A program made the translations under genes and the position numbers. The notes beneath the pieces are model-generated. The model searched no databases. It worked only from the letters and a program-made list of their open reading frames with translations, and was not told the origin of the DNA. A stretch of DNA of 64,000 nt from NCBI GenBank assembly GCA_963826125.1, contig CAWGVV010000002.1, positions 137,305-201,304 of the forward strand, in the 5' to 3' direction. The stretch comes from an uncultured delta proteobacterium (GTDB lineage Bacteria; Desulfobacterota; Desulfarculia; JACQYL01; CAWGVV01). Numbering within the stretch: position 1 is the stretch's first letter; every line of letters begins with the position of its first letter. This document shows, piece after piece, positions 9,786 to 21,039 of the stretch.

Positions 9786-9829
9786 AAATCCGCTCCCGCG
9801 GTGCTCGGGTGCGGCGGACGGGCTGATCC

Positions 9830-11002
9830 ATGTTCACGGATTTCTTTTTTCTGCTGCGTAAAGCCAAGGTTCCCGTTTCCGTCACGGAATGGATGAGTCT
9901 GATGAAGGCCCTCAATGCGGGCTACGCCTTCAACAGCATCACCGGTTTCTACTACCTTTCCCGTTCCCTCCTGGTGAAGAGCGAATCCTTCTACGACCAG
10001 TTCGATCAGGCGTTCTACCACTATTTCGGCGGCATCGAGACTCCCGAGGCGATCAGGGAGAAGGTGCTGGACTGGCTCAACGACCCCATCAATGAGCTGC
10101 GGTTGAACGAGGAGGAGATGGCCCACCTGGAGCGTCTCAGCCTGGAGGAGCTGCGGAAAAAGCTTGAAGAGCGGCTCAAGGAGCAGACGGAAAAACACAA
10201 CGGCGGGGGAAAGTGGATCGGTACCGGCGGGACCTCCCCTTTCGGACACGGCGGGTCGCACCCCACGGGCATACGCATCGGAGGGGCCAGGGGCGGCGGC
10301 ATGGCGGTGCAGGTGGCGGCCGAACGACGGTTCCGCAACTACCGCACGGACCTTACCCTGGACGTGCGCCAGATCAAGGTGGCGCTGAAAAAACTGCGCT
10401 CCTTCTCGCGGGTGGGACCCGAGTCGGAACTCGACATCGACGCCACCGTCGACAAGACGTGCCGCAACGCGGGCGATATCGAACTCGTCTGGACACGTGA
10501 ACGCAAGAATCAGGTGAAGCTGCTGCTCATGATGGACTCCGGCGGGTCAATGGACCCGTACGCCCGGCTTTGCAGCAGGCTTTTTTCCGCCGCCCATTCC
10601 AGCAGCCACTTTCGGGACTTCAAACATTTGTATTTCCACAACTGCGTCTATCAGGAAATCTACCAGGACATGGGCACGATGGACGCGGTCAAGACGGCCG
10701 GCTTGCTCCAGACCATGGATTCCGACTACAAGCTCATCATGGTGGGAGACGCTTTCATGAGCCCCTACGAGCTGTCCTCCCGCGGCGGAGCAATCGATTA
10801 CTACTACTACAACGAAGTTCCGGGCCTCGAATGGCTGAAACGGCTGGCCGACCACTTCCATCACGCGGTGTGGCTGAACCCCATGCCCACGTCCGCCTGG
10901 CACCATCCGACCATCAGCGCCATCGGGCGGCTGTTCCCCATGTTTCCGCTTACCCTCGAAGGGCTCGAACGTTCGATCCGGACGTTGATCTCCAAGCACT
11001 GA
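9830..11002 (+). CDS. VWA domain protein (CoxE-like), MoxR partner
   Basis: MIDAS-like MDSGGSM, GGKWIGTGGTSPFG, YFHNCVY, VGDA and WLNP motifs. Confidence 0.9.
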   Translation: MFTDFFFLLRKAKVPVSVTEWMSLMKALNAGYAFNSITGFYYLSRSLLVKSESFYDQFDQAFYHYFGGIETPEAIREKVLDWLNDPINELRLNEEEMAHLERLSLEELRKKLEERLKEQTEKHNGGGKWIGTGGTSPFGHGGSHPTGIRIGGARGGGMAVQVAAERRFRNYRTDLTLDVRQIKVALKKLRSFSRVGPESELDIDATVDKTCRNAGDIELVWTRERKNQVKLLLMMDSGGSMDPYARLCSRLFSAAHSSSHFRDFKHLYFHNCVYQEIYQDMGTMDAVKTAGLLQTMDSDYKLIMVGDAFMSPYELSSRGGAIDYYYYNEVPGLEWLKRLADHFHHAVWLNPMPTSAWHHPTISAIGRLFPMFPLTLEGLERSIRTLISKH

Positions 11003-11148
11003 ACGCACGTTTTCGAACGGTCTCGGCTTCTTCATCACCCGGAAATTCCGAGGTACGGCAAGCCTTGTTCAAGAAAGTAGACGAATTCGTTTTTCCTGTG
11101 TTAGTAGTAGCAAGTCCGTATTCCATCTAAGGAGACGCACGCCGACAC

Positions 11149-13053
11149 ATGAAGCGGATAATTCTGGGCACCGCGGGTCACATCGACCACGGGAAGACAT
11201 CCCTCATAAAGGCCATATCCGGCATTGATACCGACAGGCTGAAAGAGGAGAAGGAGCGAGGCATCACCATTGAATTGGGTTTTGCCAACCTTACCCTCCC
11301 TTCCGGTCAACGGGTGGGGATTATCGATGTGCCCGGCCACGAACGCTTCGTGAAAAACATGGTTGCCGGCGCGGCCACGGTGGACCTGGTGATGCTGGTC
11401 ATCGCGGCGGACGAAGGGGTAATGCCCCAGACCAGGGAGCACATGGAAATCTGTCAGCTTCTGGGAGTGCGCAAGGGACTGGTGGCCCTCACCAAAATCG
11501 ACATGGTGGAAGAGGAATGGCAGGACCTGGTCACCGAGGACGTGATGACCTTCCTGGAAGGCACTTTTCTGGAGAATGCTCCCATCGTTCCCGTTTCGGC
11601 GGTGAAGGGGACGGGGGTCGACGAACTTTTGAAAGCACTGGACGTTCTGTGCGCCGAATCCTCCGAGAAGAGCAGCAGCGGCGTCTACCGTCTTCCGGTT
11701 GACCGCGTGTTCGTTATGAAGGGATTCGGTTCGGTGGTCACCGGCACCTCCATCTCCGGGTCCCTGACCCTGGGTGAAACGGTGAGCATCATGCCCCGGG
11801 GGCTCTCCGCCCGGGTGCGCGGCCTTCAGGTGCACGGGGAGAGCGTGGAAAAGGCCGAGGCCGGGCTGCGCACCGCCATCAACCTCCAGGGGTTGGAGAA
11901 GGACGAAATCCGGCGCGGCGACATCGTGACCACTCTGGAGAGCCTGGAACCCACCTACATGGTCGACGTGCAGTTTCACCTGCTCAAGAGCGCCAAGCCG
12001 ATCCGGTCCCGGACGAAAATACGCTTCCATTCCGGAACCGTGGAACTGATGGGCAACATCGTCCTGCTGGACAGGGAGGAACTGCGGCCCGGAGAAACGG
12101 CATTCGCCCAGATTCGGTTGGAGGAACAGACCGCGATATTGCCCCGCGATCGATACGTCGTGCGCAGCTATTCTCCCGTGCGCACCATCGGCGGCGGCGA
12201 AGTGGTGGCTTCCGCACCCTCCAAGCACAAGCGGCTCCGGTCGGAAGTCGTCGATCGGCTGGGAATTCTGCTTTCGGGATCGGACGAGGAACGCGTAGCG
12301 GCCATGGTGGAGGAGGCGGGAACGACGGGGATCAACCGCGCGCGTCTGGCCCGGGTCATGGACCTAACCGCCAAAAAGCTGGACACGGCGCTGTCGCTGC
12401 TCCAGTCCCGCCGCCAGGTCATCTGCTTCGACAAGGAAAGCGCCACCTTCGTCCATGCGGAAACCTTCCGGGAACTGGAAGAATCCATTCTGGCCATTCT
12501 CGCCGCGTACCATGAGCAGTTTCCTCTCCGGCCGGGCATGAAACGCGACGAGATCAGGACCAAGGCGAGTTACCAGCTCGACGTGAAATTGTTCAACAAC
12601 GTACTCAAGCACCTCCAGGATCAGAATCGGATTCAGGGAGAGGGCGATCTCCTGAGGTTGAGCACCCACAACATCCTCCTCAAGGAAGACGAGGAACAGG
12701 CGCGAAAGAACATTGAGGACATCTACACGAAGGCCGGGCTTCAGCCCCCGTATTTCAAAGAGATCGGTCAGAAACTGGATGCAAAACAGGCCAAGGAAGT
12801 CCTTTCCTTCCTCGTCAACGAGCGGGTGCTGGTCAAGGTCAAGGAAGACCTGTATTTCTCCGCTCGGGCCATCGACGATCTGCAACAGCGACTGGTTTCG
12901 TTCCTCAAGGAACATGGAGAAATCGCCACGGCCGATTTCAAGGAATTGACCGGGGTGTCCCGCAAGTACATGATTCCCCTGTTCGAGTATTTCGATTCCA
13001 TGCAGGTTACCATGCGAGTGGGCGAAAAGCGGATGTTGCGAACCCAGAGGTGA
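11149..13053 (+). CDS. selB: Selenocysteine-specific translation elongation factor SelB
   Basis: [31 protein letters not shown]; winged-helix C-terminus [13 protein letters not shown]. Confidence 0.97.
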   Translation: MKRIILGTAGHIDHGKTSLIKAISGIDTDRLKEEKERGITIELGFANLTLPSGQRVGIIDVPGHERFVKNMVAGAATVDLVMLVIAADEGVMPQTREHMEICQLLGVRKGLVALTKIDMVEEEWQDLVTEDVMTFLEGTFLENAPIVPVSAVKGTGVDELLKALDVLCAESSEKSSSGVYRLPVDRVFVMKGFGSVVTGTSISGSLTLGETVSIMPRGLSARVRGLQVHGESVEKAEAGLRTAINLQGLEKDEIRRGDIVTTLESLEPTYMVDVQFHLLKSAKPIRSRTKIRFHSGTVELMGNIVLLDREELRPGETAFAQIRLEEQTAILPRDRYVVRSYSPVRTIGGGEVVASAPSKHKRLRSEVVDRLGILLSGSDEERVAAMVEEAGTTGINRARLARVMDLTAKKLDTALSLLQSRRQVICFDKESATFVHAETFRELEESILAILAAYHEQFPLRPGMKRDEIRTKASYQLDVKLFNNVLKHLQDQNRIQGEGDLLRLSTHNILLKEDEEQARKNIEDIYTKAGLQPPYFKEIGQKLDAKQAKEVLSFLVNERVLVKVKEDLYFSARAIDDLQQRLVSFLKEHGEIATADFKELTGVSRKYMIPLFEYFDSMQVTMRVGEKRMLRTQR

Positions 13054-13217
13054 CCTGAGCGGCATTCCGCAGGGGAAGGTTTCCAGCCCCACAAGGTAAC
13101 TGCCGACAGCCGAGCAAGCGGTATTTCGACCCCTGCCGGGTTTGTTGAGAACCAACGCGGCATTCACCGTTACTTCGGCCGGTTTACGCCGGCCCGCACC
13201 CAGGAAAGGAGAAGGTA

Positions 13218-14240
13218 ATGGCCCTACGGAGAACCGCAATTTCGATGCTTGTCGCCGTGCTGATGCTTGTCTGCGCATTTCCGGCAACGGCGGGAATGGT
13301 CATCAAGTACGGCCACGTGGCGCCGCCCTTCCACGGGCAGAGCATGGCCGCCGATCATTTCGCCAAATACGTGTTCGAAAAGACCAACGGGGCCATCGAG
13401 GTGAAAACCTTCCCCATGGGGCAACTGGGCGGTGAGCGGTCGCTGGCCGAACAGGTGCAGGCCGGAACGCTGCAGCTGGCCACGGTAAGCACCGCGGTGC
13501 TCATGAATTTCGTGCCCCAGGTGGCGGTGGCGGAGCTGCCGTTCGTCTATCCCGACCGGCGCACGGCGTATGCGGTTCTCGATTCCCCCATGCGCGACCG
13601 CCTTTTCTCCTATCTGCCGGCCAAGGGGTTCGTGGGGCTGGGCTGGACCGAAAACGAGTTCCGCGACATCACCGCCAAAAAGCCCATCCGCACTCCGGAC
13701 GACCTCAAGGGCGTGAAAATCCGGGTCATGGAAAGCCCCATCTACCTCGACACCTTCAAGCAGCTCGGTGCTTCCCCCGTGGGGATTCCCTTCCCGGAAA
13801 TCTACAACGCCCTCCAGCAGGGCGTCATCGACGCCCAGGAAAACCCGCTCTTCACCTCGATCCTCATGAAGTTCACCGAGGTGAACAAATACGTGACGCT
13901 TACCAACCACTTCCTCACCGAATGCATCGTCATCTGCGGGGTGGATTTCTGGAACTCGCTCAAGCCCGAGTACAAAAAAATCTTCATGGACGCGGCGTAC
14001 GAGGCGCAGTTCGTCAACCGGGGGGGCACCATGTCCCAGATGCTGAGCCTGCCCAAACTGGGCATCAGCGTGGCCCAGTATTGCCGGCAGAACAACATCG
14101 AGGTTATCGAACTGACCCCTGCCGAGCGGAAAGCGTTCAAGGACGCCTGCAAGCCGGTGTGGGACAAGTATCGCCCCATCGTGGGACCCGAACTGTTCGA
14201 CGATTTCGTGTCCACGGTGGATGCCATGAGCAAACGATAA
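13218..14240 (+). CDS. dctP: TRAP transporter substrate-binding protein (DctP family)
   Basis: Signal peptide; QLGGER, DLKGVKIRVM and YNALQQGVIDAQENP motifs. Confidence 0.95.
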   Translation: MALRRTAISMLVAVLMLVCAFPATAGMVIKYGHVAPPFHGQSMAADHFAKYVFEKTNGAIEVKTFPMGQLGGERSLAEQVQAGTLQLATVSTAVLMNFVPQVAVAELPFVYPDRRTAYAVLDSPMRDRLFSYLPAKGFVGLGWTENEFRDITAKKPIRTPDDLKGVKIRVMESPIYLDTFKQLGASPVGIPFPEIYNALQQGVIDAQENPLFTSILMKFTEVNKYVTLTNHFLTECIVICGVDFWNSLKPEYKKIFMDAAYEAQFVNRGGTMSQMLSLPKLGISVAQYCRQNNIEVIELTPAERKAFKDACKPVWDKYRPIVGPELFDDFVSTVDAMSKR

Positions 14241-14315
14241 ACCGTCGCCATACGCCCGAGTACGCAAAGGAACCGTTCGCCGGGGTGGCGGCCGGCACGC
14301 CTTATCGACAGCACG

Positions 14316-14345
14316 GAAGGAGGCTTTGCGGCCTCCTTCGTTTTC
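14316..14345 (+). terminator. Hairpin/partial terminator between dctP and dctQ
   Basis: GAAGGAGGC-TTTGCG-GCCTCCTTC followed by GTTTT. Confidence 0.55.
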
Positions 14346-14356
14346 GGAAATATGAA

Positions 14357-14860
14357 GTGAAGAAGCTTTTTCATTGGTTCAATCTGCTGGAGGAAGGCAC
14401 CCTCTGCTTTGTTCTGCTGGGGCTGGCCTGCATGGCGTTCGTCCAGGTGGTGTCGAGGTACGTGTTCCACTACAGTTTCAGCTGGTTTGAAGAACTGGGA
14501 AGGTACCTGGGCATTTTCATGGCCTTTCTCGGGGCGAGCATCGGGGTGAAGTACGGGGCGCACTTCACCATGGACGCCCTCGTCCGCCAGCTTCCGATTC
14601 GGGCTGCGGGACTGGTGCGAAGCGCGGTCAACGTGCTGAGCGGCATCTTCTTCCTGGCCGTGGTCTGGTTCGCCCTGCTTCAGGCCTCAAAACTCAGAAG
14701 ATACGGAGTTACGTCGGCGGCCCTGAGGATCCCCATGTATCTGGTGTATCTGCCGATTCCCGCCTTTTCGTTCAGCATGGCCGTTCGCTTTTTCCTGCGC
14801 GCCCGCACGGAATGGGGGGTGTTTCTGAGAGGAAATCCGGGGGGAGGAACGGGTTCGTGA
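14357..14860 (+). CDS. dctQ: TRAP transporter small permease
   Basis: C-terminal part of ORF 13922..14860 from GTG 14357; QVVSRY, SWFEELGRY, GAHF motifs and 4 TM segments. Confidence 0.9.
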   Translation: MKKLFHWFNLLEEGTLCFVLLGLACMAFVQVVSRYVFHYSFSWFEELGRYLGIFMAFLGASIGVKYGAHFTMDALVRQLPIRAAGLVRSAVNVLSGIFFLAVVWFALLQASKLRRYGVTSAALRIPMYLVYLPIPAFSFSMAVRFFLRARTEWGVFLRGNPGGGTGS

Positions 14861-16134
14861 TCGTCACCCTGCTCTCGGTATTCACGCTGCTTCTGCTGAC
14901 CGGCATGCCCATCGCCGTTCTATTGGCCGTCACCACCGCTGTGGCGCTCGCCGTGCATACCTCGACTCCCCTGCTGATGATCCCCCAGCAGCTGTTCAAT
15001 GCGCTGGACAACTTCGTGCTGCTGGCCATCCCGTTCTTCATCCTGGCCGGCGGAATCATGAGCGAAGGAGCCATATCCCGCAGGCTCGTGGCGATCATCA
15101 ACGTGCTGGTGGGATCGTTCCGGGGCGGCACGGCCATTGCGGGAGTCATCGCCTGCATCTTTTTTGCCGCGCTGTCGGGTTCCAGCCCCGCCACGGTCAT
15201 CGCCATCGGCTCGGTCATGATCCCGGCGCTGGTCAAGGCGGGATACAAAGAAAACTTCTCCATCGGACTCATTACCTCCGCCGGGTCGCTGGGCATCGTC
15301 ATTCCCCCGTCCATCCCCATGATTCTCTATTGCATGGTAATGAACGTCAGCGTGGCCGAGCTGTTCATGGCGGGGGTCGGGCCGGGGTTGCTCATCGGCC
15401 TCGTGCTCATTGGATACACGTATTTCATGGCGGTTCGCCACAACTGGCGCCATCGCCGCAGATACACGTCCCGGGAAGTGCTGCACACGGTGCGCGAGGG
15501 GATATGGGCGCTGCTCCTGCCGGTAGTAGTGCTGGGCGGCATCTACTCGGGCATCTTTACCCCCACCGAGGCGGCCGCCGTGTCGGTCGTCTACGCGCTG
15601 GCCGTGGAACTCGTCATCTACCGCGAACTGACGCTGCGCAGGCTGTTCAAGGTGTGCAGGGACGCCGCCGTACTCTCTTCCTGCCTGCTCTTCATTCTTT
15701 CCTGCGCCATGACCTTTCTGTGGCTGCTCACGTCCGAAGGCATCCCCGCGCAGGTGGCCGGTGCGGTGATGAACGTCACGGACACCTGGTGGAAATTCCT
15801 CCTGGCGGTCAACCTGCTGTTTCTGGTCATGGGCATGTTCATGGACGACGTATCGGCCATGCTCATTCTCTCGCCGCTGTTTGCGGAAACGCTCCGGCAG
15901 TTCCACATCGACTTGGTGCATTACGGCATCATCATGGTTCTGGCCATCGAGTTCGGCTTCCTTACGCCGCCCTTCGGACTCAACCTTTTCGTGGCCATGG
16001 GCTTGACCGGCAAATCGCTCCTCTATGTGGCCCGAGCGGTGCTGCCTTTTCTTTTTCTCCTGCTCTTCTGCATGCTCCTGGTGAATTTTATTCCCAAGTT
16101 GTCTCTCTTTCTCCCTTCCCTGCTTCTGCGATGA
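14857..16134 (+). CDS. dctM: TRAP transporter large permease
   Basis: LAIPFFILAG, SGSSPAT, IPPSIP, TPTEA and TPPFG motifs; GTGA overlap with dctQ. Confidence 0.95.
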   Translation: MIVTLLSVFTLLLLTGMPIAVLLAVTTAVALAVHTSTPLLMIPQQLFNALDNFVLLAIPFFILAGGIMSEGAISRRLVAIINVLVGSFRGGTAIAGVIACIFFAALSGSSPATVIAIGSVMIPALVKAGYKENFSIGLITSAGSLGIVIPPSIPMILYCMVMNVSVAELFMAGVGPGLLIGLVLIGYTYFMAVRHNWRHRRRYTSREVLHTVREGIWALLLPVVVLGGIYSGIFTPTEAAAVSVVYALAVELVIYRELTLRRLFKVCRDAAVLSSCLLFILSCAMTFLWLLTSEGIPAQVAGAVMNVTDTWWKFLLAVNLLFLVMGMFMDDVSAMLILSPLFAETLRQFHIDLVHYGIIMVLAIEFGFLTPPFGLNLFVAMGLTGKSLLYVARAVLPFLFLLLFCMLLVNFIPKLSLFLPSLLLR

Positions 16135-16693
16135 ACTTTATTTCGCACGTTCCTTTGATTTAGAAATCTATTCCTTTACTTCTCTTCGTATCTTGCGTTA
16201 TCCTGAGCGAAACACGCATCGGAATCGTTCCTTCGGGGGATGCCGAGCGGCGGCCGCACGACCAGCCTTTCACCGAATCGGCGTCGATCTCCGGTAGGGA
16301 GAATCCTTTTCCATTTAGCAATTACCAACGTACCGTGATATATGATTAAGCCGGAATATATGACGGATGCATCGACGGATCGAGAAGGTTCGGGTTCGCC
16401 GCCCCTCCGGATGCTTTTCCCGGAGGAGCCCTTGAAACGTCCGATCGCGTGACTCCCGCCGGACAGCATCGTATCGAGCAAAACAATTTCGACCGCGCTC
16501 CGGAGTATTCGAAGGAATGCGCGAGCCAGGTTACTGCCGGCCGAGGTTTTTGACCGCTTCCACGGGGAACGGGATAGTGTGGAACAAACACTGAGCGCTT
16601 CGACTGCCACCCCATTGCATCCAGTCGGTGCATTGATGCAGTTCGGCAGCTGTGTCTTCACGGGGAGGTTCACTCACCGACCCGGATCGGGAT

Positions 16694-18643
16694 ATGCGAA
16701 TGACGACGCAATTACGGGTTCTCATTGTGGAGGATTCGGAGGACGACTGTCTCCTTCTGCTGGACCGGTTGAGGAGAGGCGGCTACGACCCCCTCTACCA
16801 AAGGGTGGAGACGGAGAAGGAGATGGAAGAGGCGCTTGATCGGCGGAAATGGGACATTATCCTCTGCGATCACGCCTTGCCTTCCTTCAGCGCTTTCGGG
16901 GCGCTCGCCCTCATGAAAAAGAAGGGGCTGGATTTCCCCTTCATCATCGTATCCGGGACGGTGGGCGAGGAAACGGCCGTCAAGGCCATGAAAGCCGGCG
17001 CCCACGATTACCTCATGAAAGACAACATGGCGCGGCTCCTGCCGGCCATCGAACGCGAGCTGCGCGAGGCCAAGGAGCGCAACAAGCGACGGCGGACCGA
17101 GGAGGCGCTGCGTGCTTCCGAAAAACGATACCGCGAACTCTTCGATTCAATCAGCGACATCATCTATACCCAGGACATGGAAGGACGGTTTACGACCGTA
17201 AACCTGGCGCTGGCCAGGACCTTCGGCGTTCCGCGCCACAAACTCGTCGGCCACAAACCCGATGAATTCATGAAACAGGCATTCCGCGACGAGTTCCGGA
17301 ACGTATACCTCAAGGGATTGAAAGAACAGGGCCATTTCGAAGGTACTTCCCTCTATTTCGACGTCGAGGGAAAGAGGCATTACATCGAATATCGCAGCAT
17401 CCTCGTACAGGGCGAGGGCGGCTCCATGCTCATCAGCGGCTCGGGGCGGGAAGTCACCGAACGGGTCAATGCCGAAAAGCGCCTCAAGCAATTGCAGGAC
17501 CAGCTGCTCCAGGCGCAGAAAATGGAAGCCGTGGGCACGCTTGCCGGCGGCATCGCGCACGATTTCAACAACATCTTACAGGCCATTCTGGGGAGCGTCC
17601 AGCTCCTCTGGACCCACTACGGACTCGACGAGACCACCCAGAAATACCTCTCCCAGATCCACAGCTCCGCCGAACGGGCCGGAGAATTGGTCAAACGACT
17701 CCTGACCTTCAGCCGCAAGGTGGAAACGAATGTCCACTCCCTCGATCTGAACGACATGGTGACTCAATCGGTAAAAATCCTGGAGAGGACCCTGCCCCGA
17801 ATGATCGAGCTGGACGTGTCGCTCGCCGCCACGCTTCCCCGTATCAAGGGCGACGACAATCAGCTCGAACAGGTGCTGCTGAACCTGGGGGCCAATTCGC
17901 GCGACGCGATGGAAGACGGAGGAAAAATCACCATCAGGACGGAGGCGGTGGAGGTGCAGGATGAGCTTTGCCGCCGAAACGTGATCGGTTTCACCGGTCC
18001 GGCCGTGAAGCTTTCTTTTTCCGATACGGGGTACGGCATGGACGATGAGACCATGAAGCACATCTTCGAGCCCTTCTACACCACCAAGGAGGTGGGCAAG
18101 GGCACCGGACTGGGGCTGGCCATGGTGTACGGGATCGTCAAAAGCCATGACGGAGCCATTCTCTGTTCGAGCACCCCGGGATCGGGAACCACCTTCGAAA
18201 TTTTCTTTCCGGTTCCCGCACATGAAATGGTCCAACCAGCCGGGACGGGCACTCCGAAACGCGTTACCAAGGGAGGGACGGAAACGATCCTTCTGGTGGA
18301 CGACGATGAAGCCATTGTGGACATCGGACGGAGTATTCTGGAGCGGTTCGGCTACGTCGTCGTTACCGCATCGAGCGGGGAGGACGCGATCAAGCTGTAC
18401 CGCGAGATCGGAAGGAACATCGCCTTGGTGATCCTGGATCTGAGCATGCCGGGCATGGGGGGGTCCAAGTGTCTGAACATACTCCTGCAGGCGGATCCAA
18501 CCGTTAAGGTACTCATCGCCAGCGGCTATTCGGCGGACATGCAGATCGGCGACATGGCCGCCATGGGAGCGGCCGGGTTCATCGGCAAGCCGTTCCGCCT
18601 GGACGAACTGCTCCGGAAGGTGCGGGAAATACTGGACGCCTGA
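16694..18643 (+). CDS. Hybrid sensor histidine kinase (REC-PAS-HisKA-HATPase-REC), soluble
   Basis: LIVEDSEDD receiver, [13 protein letters not shown]-box, [14 protein letters not shown], and a C-terminal LLVDD...LDLSMP receiver. Confidence 0.93.
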   Translation: MRMTTQLRVLIVEDSEDDCLLLLDRLRRGGYDPLYQRVETEKEMEEALDRRKWDIILCDHALPSFSAFGALALMKKKGLDFPFIIVSGTVGEETAVKAMKAGAHDYLMKDNMARLLPAIERELREAKERNKRRRTEEALRASEKRYRELFDSISDIIYTQDMEGRFTTVNLALARTFGVPRHKLVGHKPDEFMKQAFRDEFRNVYLKGLKEQGHFEGTSLYFDVEGKRHYIEYRSILVQGEGGSMLISGSGREVTERVNAEKRLKQLQDQLLQAQKMEAVGTLAGGIAHDFNNILQAILGSVQLLWTHYGLDETTQKYLSQIHSSAERAGELVKRLLTFSRKVETNVHSLDLNDMVTQSVKILERTLPRMIELDVSLAATLPRIKGDDNQLEQVLLNLGANSRDAMEDGGKITIRTEAVEVQDELCRRNVIGFTGPAVKLSFSDTGYGMDDETMKHIFEPFYTTKEVGKGTGLGLAMVYGIVKSHDGAILCSSTPGSGTTFEIFFPVPAHEMVQPAGTGTPKRVTKGGTETILLVDDDEAIVDIGRSILERFGYVVVTASSGEDAIKLYREIGRNIALVILDLSMPGMGGSKCLNILLQADPTVKVLIASGYSADMQIGDMAAMGAAGFIGKPFRLDELLRKVREILDA

Positions 18644-18868
18644 ATGTTTTTCAATAACTTGCGTTCGCCCTTCTCTACATCAGGGCGAACGGGCCGTTCA
18701 ATGACCGAGGGCAACTTTGACCGTTCGTACTGAGGTATCGAAGTACAACGGTCCGACTCATCACTGTGTCAGAAAGCTATCCCGGAATTCAGTGAAACAC
18801 TATTGCAGGTTAGAAAAACCCCGCGCAATCCCCCGTAGACGCACCAGCGGCAGGCTCCACCGGGAACA

Positions 18869-20878
18869 TCAGCCGAGAGTGACGGCCGCCTTGAAGCCGC
18901 TTTCTATGGCCCGGGCGGCGTTGGAGGCGGAAGCGGCGTCCCCGATGGCGGTCACCTTTCCCGGCATGCGGGATTCGAGTTCCGCGGACAGCGTGTTCAC
19001 AGGCTCGGCCCCCACCGCCATCACCACGCTGTCGGCGGGAATACGGGTTTCCTTTCCGGCCTTGTCGCGGCAGACGACACCGTCGGGCAGGATTTCCGCC
19101 AGCGCGGTCCCCGGCATCACCTTCACTCCATAGAGGTCCAGCTTCTTCAGCACCACCCAGCGGGTGGAGGGGCCGACGTCCTTACCCACCTTGGGCAGCA
19201 TCTCCACGACGGTCACTTCACGGGTCCCCCTGGTCATCAGCTGCCGGAGCACTTCCGGGGATTCGGCCTGATGGAGCATGAGGAATGCGAGCTGGCGGGG
19301 GGTGAGCGTGCCGATCTTGGCCAGATGGATGGCCGTTTCCAGCCCCACGGCGCCGCCGCCCACCACCACCACTCTGCGGCCCGTCTTCGCCCGGTCCTGA
19401 AGCACATCCCAGGCATTCACCACAATGTCCCGCCCGATTCCCGGAATGGGCGGCAGCAGCGGCCGGGCCCCCGTGGCCACGAACACCGCGTCGTAATCGT
19501 CGGCGGAAATGGATTCGGGAGTCACTCCTTCCCCCAGCTTCACCATCACCCCGGCCTTGGGCAAAACGGCACCGTAGTAGCGGAACATGTCGCCGAAGTC
19601 GTATTTTTCCGTGGGTTCGCTCCACCACCGGATCTGTCCGCCGAGCCGTTCCTCCTTCTCGCACAGGGTCACGGTGTGCCCCCGCTGGGCGGCCCTAAGC
19701 GCCGCCTCGCAGCCCGCGGCCCCGCCCCCCACCACGAGCAGCCGTTTGGGATCGGTCGCCGGAGTGATCTTCACCCGGAATTCCTCGCCCGCCTCGGCGT
19801 TGACCAGGCATCCCACCGGCTTGAGCTGGAAAACATGGTCGAAGCACTTCTGATTGCAGGCGATGCAGGATCGTATCTCGTCGTCCCGTCCTTCCGCCGC
19901 CTTGATGGGCAGGTCCGGGTCGGCAATGAGGGAACGGCCGATGCACACCAGGTCACCGAACCCTTCGGCCAGGGCTTCCTCGGCGCTCCGCGGACGGTTG
20001 AACCGGTTGCTCACCGCCACCGGGACGGTGACCGCCTCGCGGATGCCCCTGGCCAGATATGCGAATCCTCCGCGCGGAAGGTCCGCCGTGATCTGCGGCA
20101 CGCGCGTTTCGTGCCAGCCGCCCGTGACGTTGATCAGGTCCACCCCCGCCTGTTCACAGGCGCGGGAAAATTCACGGGTCTCCAGGTTCGTGTTGCTGCC
20201 GGGCACGAAGTCGTTGCCCGCCACGCGGATCCCCACGCAGAAATCGGCTCCCACCGTGTCCCTCACCGCGCGCACCACTTCCAGACCGAAACGCATGCGG
20301 TTTTCCGGCGATCCGCCGTATTCGTCCGTCCTTTGGTTGATCACCGGGGAGAGAAACTGGCAGATGAGGTACCCGGCCGACCCCAGTATTTCCACCATAT
20401 CGAACCCGGCTTCCTTGGCCCTGCGCGCGGCGGAGGCGAAGTGGTCGACGACCATGCGGATTTCGTCGAGGGTCATCTCCTTGGCTTCTTCACGGGTGAA
20501 AACGGAGCGATGGCCGGATGAGGAGAGCGCCTGGCGGCGGATAAACGCGCTGTGGGCATAGGCCCCGGCCATGTAGAGCTGAGCCCCTATTTTTGCGCCG
20601 TGCGCGTGGCTTGCATCGGTCAGTGCACGCAACCCCGGGATGTATTCGTCCTTGTGCAGCCCGATCATGTTGAGGCCGCCCGACCATTCGTCGATGATGC
20701 ATCCCCCCACGATGATGAGGCCCACGCCTCCCATGGCCCGTCGCTCGTAGAAGCGGATGAGCCTTTCGGTCACCGAACCGTCCGACACATAGTTCAGGTG
20801 CATGGCGGGCATGACGATGCGGTTGCGCAGTTCCATGCCGTTGATGGTAAGGGGCGCGAACAGGTTCGGATAGCTCAT
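18869..20878 (-). CDS. FadH-like NADPH-dependent 2,4-dienoyl-CoA reductase / Old Yellow Enzyme family FMN-FeS-FAD oxidoreductase
   Basis: LRNRIVM, GYLICQFLSP..NQRTDEYGG, GWHE, CIACNQKC...CLVN cluster motif, and two GxGxxG Rossmann motifs. Confidence 0.88.
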   Translation of the reverse strand: MSYPNLFAPLTINGMELRNRIVMPAMHLNYVSDGSVTERLIRFYERRAMGGVGLIIVGGCIIDEWSGGLNMIGLHKDEYIPGLRALTDASHAHGAKIGAQLYMAGAYAHSAFIRRQALSSSGHRSVFTREEAKEMTLDEIRMVVDHFASAARRAKEAGFDMVEILGSAGYLICQFLSPVINQRTDEYGGSPENRMRFGLEVVRAVRDTVGADFCVGIRVAGNDFVPGSNTNLETREFSRACEQAGVDLINVTGGWHETRVPQITADLPRGGFAYLARGIREAVTVPVAVSNRFNRPRSAEEALAEGFGDLVCIGRSLIADPDLPIKAAEGRDDEIRSCIACNQKCFDHVFQLKPVGCLVNAEAGEEFRVKITPATDPKRLLVVGGGAAGCEAALRAAQRGHTVTLCEKEERLGGQIRWWSEPTEKYDFGDMFRYYGAVLPKAGVMVKLGEGVTPESISADDYDAVFVATGARPLLPPIPGIGRDIVVNAWDVLQDRAKTGRRVVVVGGGAVGLETAIHLAKIGTLTPRQLAFLMLHQAESPEVLRQLMTRGTREVTVVEMLPKVGKDVGPSTRWVVLKKLDLYGVKVMPGTALAEILPDGVVCRDKAGKETRIPADSVVMAVGAEPVNTLSAELESRMPGKVTAIGDAASASNAARAIESGFKAAVTLG

Positions 20879-21039
20879 CGGTCGCTCCTGCAGAAATATG
20901 GTATGTGGGGTTTCGTATTCGGGCCGGAAAGAATCTTGCGGCCCAAGGCGCAGACAACAACTTCCCCTTTACCGGCGCGATGTCGCACCGGCGCATTCGG
21001 AGAAATCCGCCCGTTCCCGATATGCGGGAACGGAGTGAA

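Noticed and set aside
13054-13217. Possible tRNA-Sec (selC) after selB
   Set aside because: No cloverleaf with a UCA anticodon loop and no recognisable tRNA-Sec ends.
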